A stretch of 64,000 bases of DNA. Origin: Lachnoclostridium sp. UBA1175 (GTDB taxonomy: Bacteria; Bacillota; Clostridia; Lachnospirales; Lachnospiraceae). The position numbers were made by a program, and so were the translations under genes. The DNA lies in the NCBI GenBank assembly GCA_002311665.1, contig DBYX01000008.1:27268-91267 (forward strand), given 5' to 3'. A model generated the notes under the pieces. That model was given only the letters and a program-made list of their open reading frames with translations, did not search any database and was not told the origin of the DNA. Below, in pieces: positions 58,401-64,000 of this stretch (position 1 is the stretch's first letter; the number at the start of each line of letters is the position of its first letter).

Positions 58401-58828
58401 ACCTCCGCTGCTACGAAGGTGACAACGGAAACACCTATGTAGCACAATGGGTTCAAGCTATCGGCGACAAAGACTGGCACCTGATTGTAATCATTGATAC
58501 GAACCTTAAAGACTCCTACTTCACCGGTCAAATACAGCAGTTTATGGAAGACTACAAAGTTGACGGTGACAAAGGCACCCGGACGATTGCCCTCCGTAAT
58601 ATGTGGGTAAGAAAGAAAAGCGGTGATTGGGTGTTCGTTGACTCTATAACACTGGAATCCAACAGCGCATCGAGAGGCGTCGCAGGGCTTGGACGGAACA
58701 ACACAACAGTATATGGTATTACAACCGAATACGGTGCAGATACACAGAATTTATACGACGAGATAAAGCTCAAGTGCAACGGCCTGCAGAAGACGACCAC
58801 CAGACCGATCACACCGTACTCGAACTAA
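55421..58828 (+). CDS. Secreted giant protein, tandem paralogue B of 51936..55376
   Basis: MKRFINIRNAVRLLCAMTLAILLISPKTAHA. Same architecture and an identical RBS context (AACAAAGGAGAATGGTGGCATGAAGAGG). Confidence 0.85.
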   Translation: MKRFINIRNAVRLLCAMTLAILLISPKTAHAGSATINQGETKPYTATSAGENITVTLNNAYTSVQLRGKPSWITYKKDGSKFILTLSKNASGEKRTGDVAFVDGSKVWTLRVTQNPVVVYVSFNVNGGSGNISSKTYTVSKTYGSIPAGPTPPKGHSFDGWYTAKSGGSKITASSTVSESVTTLYAHYSAKKYNVSFNSNGGSSCSSQKVTYNSTYGTLPTPGRTGYKFVGWYTASSGGTKITSSSKHTSASDITLYAHWEASPIVVTFYSNNGTDDATSRTYYYGQKFGSLPASPALPSAGYKFVGWFTAKSGGTQITADTTVTTSYTSLYAQFKAKELIVSFDSCNGSAASSKNVIFDSAYGSLPTTERNGYKFVGWYTAKSGGTKITASTIVSITNDHTLYAHWKANTYKVTFDSDNGSAVSAITVTFGGKYGDLETPTKDGYTFKGWYTSKTGGSQVTPQTVVKIAADHTLYARWQGDPITVKFSNNGGYGTVPDQTYIIGDPYGHLPAGTTASDGGYKFGGWYTAKVGGVRIFKDTIVSKMYKTLYAHYIARTFTVTFDSCGGSETTTKKVTYDSAYGTLQQTTREGYAFRGWYTEPDGGTRVTAQSIVTTAADHTLYARWEARHFRVTFDTNDGSDVATKIVTYDSAYGKLEMPKRLGYTFTGWYTDPDKGTRVTAATIVKTAADHTLYARWRANTYTVTFDSRGGTPIDPIQVSYGGTYGALPTPKNDHYTFVGWFTSSGLQVLPSTVVTTTNDHTLVAHWRRLEAYITFDVNGGTGVIPSRWLKPDSRLDILIAPKRTNYTFIGWYTEKTGGEQVYSTTRIHDIKNHTFYAHWVRNSDFVFKDLLPVEIDEKTPLASAMSHNLRITSDLSQTEKYSEFVVDFYTNSRPIGTYWCLIQCNMSTSDLVRQGFKPSGGRLYAGLQYTPEGAKSDLAMWRVRINNGNTSIYAETKTVYPGDDMQHYNNEELGMKYQRKFEWNANTWYRMYLRCYEGDNGNTYVAQWVQAIGDKDWHLIVIIDTNLKDSYFTGQIQQFMEDYKVDGDKGTRTIALRNMWVRKKSGDWVFVDSITLESNSASRGVAGLGRNNTTVYGITTEYGADTQNLYDEIKLKCNGLQKTTTRPITPYSN

Positions 58829-58862
58829 CACCCGATTCAAATTCATAAGCTCCAAAAAACAT

Positions 58863-58906
58863 CACCGCCGCCCGACTGCATAACGCAACGGACGGCGGTG
58901 TTTTTT
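58863..58906 (+). terminator. Rho-independent terminator
   Basis: CACCGCCG (58863-58870) ... CGGCGGTG (58893-58900) followed by TTTTTT. Confidence 0.85.
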
Positions 58907-59255
58907 GTACTCATTTTCCGAATAAAACATGGCTTTATGCGCCCCGCAGGGCCGGCTCAGAGTGACATAATCCAGGCGACTACGGCGATATAGTATATGA
59001 CGATCAGGGCCGCCGAGCAGCTTCAGCTATTACATCGCACATTACAGACGATCAGTATATTCCTTCAACAACCATAAAATGCAACATATCACTGCAATCC
59101 AATGCTTTTTCCTGGAATCAACACCTTAAGCCCCTTGTCCTCTGCACTAACAACCAATTGTTGGCCATCCCGATAATTGATATAATAAACAAACAAAAAC
59201 ACGCTTTGAAACAATACTCTTCCCTGTTGATTACCCACGGTTACACGAAAGGAAC

Positions 59256-59849
59256 ATGCCTATGCGTACGCCAAAGTCCATTCTATTGATTGTCCTTATG
59301 CTTGCTTTTATCCTGTGTATTGGCTGTGAATATCCTAATGCTACAAAAGAGGATGCAATGACGGACGCGATTGGATCAGACGATCCTTCTCCGACGAAAA
59401 CCGATTCGAAGTCCGCATCACCATCCACAGAAGCTACGGCGAGCCCCTCGCTGACGGAGTCACCGGGTGAGAATAACGTTCGTGATTTACCTCAGGATAC
59501 TCTGAGTTCTACTCCGACTCCGAGCAACACACCGTCACCGTCTCCCAAGCCTACCAATACACCGTCACCCAAACCCACAAAAACGCCGACCCCTAGGCCC
59601 ACCAGCACACCAACACCTAAACCGATCAAGCTTACCGGAAAATTGGACACCTCTGAAGGCGATTATTATGTCTTCTATGTAGTCAACATCAATACCGGTA
59701 AGTTCCATCGCCCCAAATGCAGACACGTCAAAAAGATGTATGAATCCAACACAAATTACGCGACAGAGCACGGTTTTGCTGACGCTGAATCCGCACGAAA
59801 CTGGCTGATCAAGCAAAGTTACGATACTTGCGGAACCTGTAGTCCATAA
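59256..59849 (+). CDS. Lipoprotein with Pro/Thr/Ser linker and C-terminal Cys-containing (Ada-Zn-like) module
   Basis: Lipobox FILCIGC. Linker TPTPSNTPSPSPKPTNTPSPKPTKTPTPRPTSTPTPKP. C-terminus GKFHRPKCRHVKKM...YDTCGTC. Confidence 0.65.
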   Translation: MPMRTPKSILLIVLMLAFILCIGCEYPNATKEDAMTDAIGSDDPSPTKTDSKSASPSTEATASPSLTESPGENNVRDLPQDTLSSTPTPSNTPSPSPKPTNTPSPKPTKTPTPRPTSTPTPKPIKLTGKLDTSEGDYYVFYVVNINTGKFHRPKCRHVKKMYESNTNYATEHGFADAESARNWLIKQSYDTCGTCSP

Positions 59850-59889
59850 AAAGAAAGCTAAATACAGTTTTCAAATATAACAAAACACC

Positions 59890-59917
59890 AACGGCCACCG
59901 GTTCCCCGGTGGCCGTT
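59890..59917. terminator. Terminator hairpin between convergent genes
   Basis: Perfect 12-bp stem AACGGCCACCGG / CCGGTGGCCGTT with loop TTCC. T-rich tail on the minus strand. Confidence 0.7.
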
Positions 59918-59963
59918 GTCATTCATCCTTATCCTTTTATCCTGTTCGTCCCTCACTGTTTTA

Positions 59964-60953
59964 TCACGGCTTGTACGTAAACTCGTCGTCGACCAAGTCT
60001 TCCGCTGTCCAATCCTGTGAATCGTAGATGCGCATCGTGTATACGATCTCGCTGACGGATGTGATCTCATATTCCTCAAGATCTTCGGTGTCGAAGCAGA
60101 TGGAGGTGTAGGCGCGCGTGCCGGGCGACAGAGACTTAGCCCAGTAGGGGTCAATGTCCGCCCCGTTGACGGTTACGTCGTCCCAAGTGTAGAGCAGGAT
60201 GACGTCGGTCTTGTTCTCAATATAGCAGTCGAGCGTGTAGCCCCAGAGCGAGTCGTTGCGCGTGCCGAGGATGATGAAGCTGATCTTGTCGTTGTCGATC
60301 ACGACCTGCTCCGAGTCCGAGGTGATGCGCGCGGGGTACTTAACTGCGCTTGCGGTGAGGCCGGTCGGATAGACGGTGTACGACTCTTTCAGAACGTCTT
60401 CGCCTCCTCCATTTTCCGAATCATAGACGCGAAGCACGAAGCGCATCTCATCTATGGTTTCGCCCATCTTCTTCAGGTCTTCCGAGCCGAACATAATCTT
60501 GCTGTTGAACGTCTCACCGGCCGCGACGGGTCCACCCCAGTAGGGCTCCGCCAGGTAGCCGTTCACGCACACATTGTTCAGCGAGAACGTCAGGCTCTTG
60601 TCGGTCTTGTTTTTGCACTCCACATTCACCGCCGTGCCCATCTTGCCGTCGTCCTCAACGGAAACGATCTTGAAGGCGACGCTCTCGTTGTCGACGATCA
60701 CCTTGTCTTTGATCGCGTAGTCCGTCTTGGAGGCATCGGGCGTAGGCGTGGGCGTGTCCTCCACAGGCGGTGTGGTCTCACCCGGATTGTTCGTGGGCGT
60801 AACGTTGTTTTCGGTTTTATTGCCTGTCTCGGTCTTTTTGTCGGTCTCTGTTTTCTTGTCATCGCCGCTGTCAGATCCGCAGCCGAGCACCATTACCGCT
60901 GCGAGACATACAACAAGGACGAGGCAGAGAAGCTTGTGTACCGGTTTTCTCAT
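59964..60953 (-). CDS. Lipoprotein with two internal repeats; paralogue of 43356..44402
   Basis: Lipobox VLGC. VDNESVAFKIVSVEDDGKMGTAVNVECKNKT... and IDNDKISFIILGTRNDSLWGYTLDCYIENKT... Confidence 0.7.
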   Translation of the reverse strand: MRKPVHKLLCLVLVVCLAAVMVLGCGSDSGDDKKTETDKKTETGNKTENNVTPTNNPGETTPPVEDTPTPTPDASKTDYAIKDKVIVDNESVAFKIVSVEDDGKMGTAVNVECKNKTDKSLTFSLNNVCVNGYLAEPYWGGPVAAGETFNSKIMFGSEDLKKMGETIDEMRFVLRVYDSENGGGEDVLKESYTVYPTGLTASAVKYPARITSDSEQVVIDNDKISFIILGTRNDSLWGYTLDCYIENKTDVILLYTWDDVTVNGADIDPYWAKSLSPGTRAYTSICFDTEDLEEYEITSVSEIVYTMRIYDSQDWTAEDLVDDEFTYKP

Positions 60954-61178
60954 TGTCGATTCTCCCTTTCCGGTGTAAGCGATTACCTGTTGCGGAAGCT
61001 CCTGTTTCTTCCGCTTGGCCGCAACAACACCGCATATACAATAACGGATTATCGCGCAGTTGTAAAGTACTGTCGCCGATATTTCACATCATTTTCATCT
61101 CTCTGCCCATATTTCCCTGCATAAATCGGGCGAGGCATCTCTGCCTCGCCCTTCACCCGGAATCAATTGTGTCTTGCG

Positions 61179-62540
61179 TTACGGAAGGATATTACCATAT
61201 CCGAGAACATTACTCGCCTTGATTGTGGTACTCACCTTCTTAATGCAAGAAATCTTCTTGCCGTTACTGTCCGTTCCGTATGTCATATTGCCTTCGATCA
61301 TCGTGATATTTTCGCCGCTGACGGAGATAATGATGCCTACATGATCCGCATACCCGGTTGCATCCGGCGTTCCTGCAGCGCCGCCTGTTCTTCGATCATA
61401 GAAGACAAGCATTCCGGGTTTGATATTGCTCGTGGTTGCATCCTTCTTCGCGATATACCTGTTCTGCCCGCTGAGCCAGTTAACAATCTCAAAGCAGGTC
61501 GGATTTACCGTCATCGCCTTCACGCCGGTATTATCGATCAATCCTGCATAATATGCGCAATAGGAAGCAAAGCATGCGCACCATTTGGTGCTCGAGCTTA
61601 CCCAACTGTATGTGCTGCTGTAGTTGTGAACAAAATTCTTGTACGTGTCACCCTCGTAACTTCCGGGGTGAAGATTCAGCTCCTGGGTCGCAACATTAAT
61701 AATGCTTCCCAACTGAACGATCCTTGTCGTGGCCGTGAGATTACCGCACTTAACGGTAAGGGTTGCCGTACGGTATGATCCGCCATTGTATGCACACTGC
61801 AGATTGATCGTGGTTCCCGACCAGGAGACCACCTTCAGCCAGCTTGCACTGGACTTTACATCCGACAGAACACCGGCCGGTGTCGAAGCGCTGATCGTAA
61901 GATTATGTTGGGCGTAAGACTCTTTGGTGTACGATCCGTAGATGTACAGTGCGTTCGCCGCCTGCTCTACCGTGATCACTTTCTTCGCTCCGCCGTACAG
62001 GAGAGTAAACGTTCCGGTTCTCTTGCCGTTGGTCGGATTCATCGTCACGGAGACTTTGAAATTTTTCGCGCTGGTCTTAGTGACCGTGATCCACGATGCA
62101 CTCGTTCCGCAGCAGTAACCGTCATAGTTCGTAGTGACCGTGCTGCTATTCGCCTTCGGCGTCGTGAACGTGACTTTGGAAGTGGATGCGGTAAATGCAT
62201 ACTGCTTAATCTTCAGTGTCCACGTCTTGGTGCCTTCTCCGAATACAATCGAGCCGTCTCTCGTCTTCCCGGAGGAGTTAGAAGTGACCGTCACATCGTA
62301 CTTGGCGCCCTTCTTCGTACAATTGATCCAGGTATCCTTTCCGCGAAGCGTAACATTGGTGGATGCCCCCGTCAAGGTAACCGTATAAGTCACCTGCGCC
62401 GGATCGAGAGTCTTCTGAACTGTCTTGTTCTGCCCGATCGTAATCCCGGTTGCGGCCTGCGCCGTCTTGGCAAGCGGTCCGAGCATACCGATGATCATCA
62501 AACCGCACAACAATAAACCCCAAAACTTTTTTGCTTTCAT
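61179..62540 (-). CDS. Secreted cell-wall hydrolase: BACON-like domains + C-terminal CHAP domain
   Basis: Start trimmed to MKAKKFWGLLLCGLMIIGMLGPLAKTAQA. CHAP Cys in KWCACFASYCAYYAG and His in YADHVGIIISVSGENITMIEGN. Confidence 0.8.
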   Translation of the reverse strand: MKAKKFWGLLLCGLMIIGMLGPLAKTAQAATGITIGQNKTVQKTLDPAQVTYTVTLTGASTNVTLRGKDTWINCTKKGAKYDVTVTSNSSGKTRDGSIVFGEGTKTWTLKIKQYAFTASTSKVTFTTPKANSSTVTTNYDGYCCGTSASWITVTKTSAKNFKVSVTMNPTNGKRTGTFTLLYGGAKKVITVEQAANALYIYGSYTKESYAQHNLTISASTPAGVLSDVKSSASWLKVVSWSGTTINLQCAYNGGSYRTATLTVKCGNLTATTRIVQLGSIINVATQELNLHPGSYEGDTYKNFVHNYSSTYSWVSSSTKWCACFASYCAYYAGLIDNTGVKAMTVNPTCFEIVNWLSGQNRYIAKKDATTSNIKPGMLVFYDRRTGGAAGTPDATGYADHVGIIISVSGENITMIEGNMTYGTDSNGKKISCIKKVSTTIKASNVLGYGNILP

Positions 62541-62773
62541 AACACTACCCCTTATTCCAATATTCATGGCATGGCTATGCAAATACCGTTATATGATTCC
62601 GGGTTTCATAGCGCTTAGCACCGCATAACGCCTGCCATTGGCGATACTATAACAGGTTCTAAATTGGAGTTCAAGGGGTTTTGATTAGATTTCTAATTTA
62701 ATACAATGATGCACTGATACGTGTGCCCTGTAATGCTGTCATACACAGATAATCAGGGCCATTTTCCGCCGCC

Positions 62774-62801
62774 AAAAAACCGCAGAGATCTCTCCCTGCG
62801 G
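62774..62801 (-). terminator. Rho-independent terminator of metG
   Basis: The minus strand reads CCGCAGGGAGAGATCTCTGCGG followed by TTTTTT. Confidence 0.75.
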
Positions 62802-62825
62802 CCTTGTAATTTGTCTGTTCGGTTG

Positions 62826-64000
62826 TCACTGTTCCTTCGCTGCGAGCTGCGTCTCGTGCATCTTGAAGAAGTCGACTCTGGGCTCGAGGAACTTGAACTC
62901 GTGGTTCGCGGGATCGGGCATCAGCTCCGTGAGTGTGGAGAAGATGTAATCCCAGTTGTAGATCCGTTCGTCCACGTTCAGGTATTCGCGGATCTTCTCG
63001 CAGCCGGTCGGCGCGATCGGATGGATGAGCGCGGTCGCAACGCGGATCCCGTAGAAAGCGTCCGCGAGAACCTGCGCCTTGAGCTCCATATCGTTGTTGG
63101 CATCGGCGGTGCGAAGGTTGTTCACGAGGTACTTGTTCATATTGCGGATCAGCGTGTCAAGTACGTAGGTGATCTTGTGGAACTGATGATCGTACATGTT
63201 CTGCTCGTAGGTGAGGATGGCGTCCTTCGCCTCAGCGAGCACGCTCTCCGAGATGTCGCGAAGCGGAAGCTTGCCGTCGAAATCCTTCTGCAGCGTGTAG
63301 AAGCATGTGCGTATGATCTTGTTGAACACGTTGGTGAGCAGGTTGCCGTCCTTGAGCACGGGGTCCGCGCCCTGGCGCTCCTCCTCCGGCAGGTAAACCT
63401 GCGGGTCGAACGAAACGCTCTTGTTCGCAAGTCCGAGGCTCAGGAAATGCATGCGCATCTGCTCCGCGGTGTAGTACTCCAGCAGGTCCTTGGCCATAGG
63501 CGGCTTGATCGAGCCCGAGCTGGAGGCTTTCTTGTTCATAAAGAGAATATGGTTGTTGGGCACGAGGAAGGTCTTCTTCAGCCCCAACGTCTCCCACATC
63601 GCCTGCTGTGCAATTCCGTAAAATGAGATGTTGTCCTGTCCGATGAACTGGTACACGGTCGCGTCGTCCGAGTTCCAGTACTTCTTCCACTCATCGGGAT
63701 CCGCGCCCTTGCTCTCGAGGTAGGCTCTGGAAAATGAGATCGGTGCCCAGAGGGACTCGGGCCATACCCAGAAGGTCAGGTCCTTCAGGCCTTCCTTCTC
63801 CGGGAACGGAACGCCCCACTCGATGTTGCCGGAGAGGCGGAACGGCACGAGCGTCTTGCCGGTGCGGTAGTTGATCTCCATCCCGTCAAGCACCTTGCGC
63901 GCCGCGTCTCTATCGTCGAGATTCTTGAACACGAACGTGTAGGAATTCTTGTTATCATCGATGATCTCGTGCGCCGGGAACTTGGCCCGGAGCGCGTCGA
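62826..64000 (-). CDS. metG: Methionine--tRNA ligase, C-terminal part (5' end beyond window)
   Basis: The reading frame stays open to nt 64000 (DALRAKFPAHEIIDDNKNSYTFVFKNL...). WGVPFP, FWVWPESLWAPISF, QFIGQDNISFY (equivalent to the GKDI..FH block), anticodon-domain IHPIAPTGCEKIREYL. The KMSKS position reads NKKASSSGS (divergent). Confidence 0.72.
   Translation of the reverse strand, partial: DALRAKFPAHEIIDDNKNSYTFVFKNLDDRDAARKVLDGMEINYRTGKTLVPFRLSGNIEWGVPFPEKEGLKDLTFWVWPESLWAPISFSRAYLESKGADPDEWKKYWNSDDATVYQFIGQDNISFYGIAQQAMWETLGLKKTFLVPNNHILFMNKKASSSGSIKPPMAKDLLEYYTAEQMRMHFLSLGLANKSVSFDPQVYLPEEERQGADPVLKDGNLLTNVFNKIIRTCFYTLQKDFDGKLPLRDISESVLAEAKDAILTYEQNMYDHQFHKITYVLDTLIRNMNKYLVNNLRTADANNDMELKAQVLADAFYGIRVATALIHPIAPTGCEKIREYLNVDERIYNWDYIFSTLTELMPDPANHEFKFLEPRVDFFKMHETQLAAKEQ

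Noticed and set aside
1-62540. GH25 muramidase (1..1511) and CHAP hydrolase (61179..62540) as phage endolysins marking a prophage
   Set aside because: Both have N-terminal membrane-anchor or signal sequences, and no phage structural, terminase or holin genes lie nearby. They are more consistent with host autolysins.

Overview
GC-rich, Clostridia-type (Firmicutes) chromosomal segment, judged from a T-box leader, a SpoVK-type AAA+ protein, GGAGG ribosome-binding sites and Listeria-Bacteroides-repeat surface proteins. About 1-29.1 kb is mostly housekeeping: a GH25 muramidase fragment, T-box/tyrS, a three-gene LuxR-type two-component operon next to a 1485-aa LRR/Ig surface protein, serA-serC, an ilvB-like gene, capA, a plsC-like gene, tldD/pmbA and bcp. 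About 29.1-41.9 kb is a conspicuously AT-rich island of nine genes, all on the minus strand, with no integrase, transposase or tRNA. It holds a seven-gene translationally coupled operon (vsr, Z1 SF2-type ATPase, MORC-like GHKL ATPase, two ORFs with no recognisable domain, PD-(D/E)XK motif protein, dcm). This is followed by a cytoplasmic two-component pair: a kinase with an N-terminal GHKL-ATPase module fused to HisKA+HATPase_c, and a receiver protein with an unknown C-terminal domain carrying a D-x13-ExK nuclease-like motif. That pair, and the island as a whole, is my best candidate for an undescribed or poorly described defence system (Detocs-like logic; overall composition reminiscent of MADS and MORC/Z1 restriction-modification systems). 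About 41.9-62.6 kb is an accessory secretome region. It contains paralogous lipoproteins, a WYL regulator next to HIRAN/J-domain/Sel1 genes, a 1008-aa Cys-rich repeat protein, and two tandem ~1145-aa BACON/Flg_new paralogues preceded by what looks like a c-di-GMP-I riboswitch plus terminator. It also holds a CHAP hydrolase. The window ends inside metG. No rRNA, tRNA or CRISPR array was seen. All domain calls rest on motifs I read in the translations; no searches were run.
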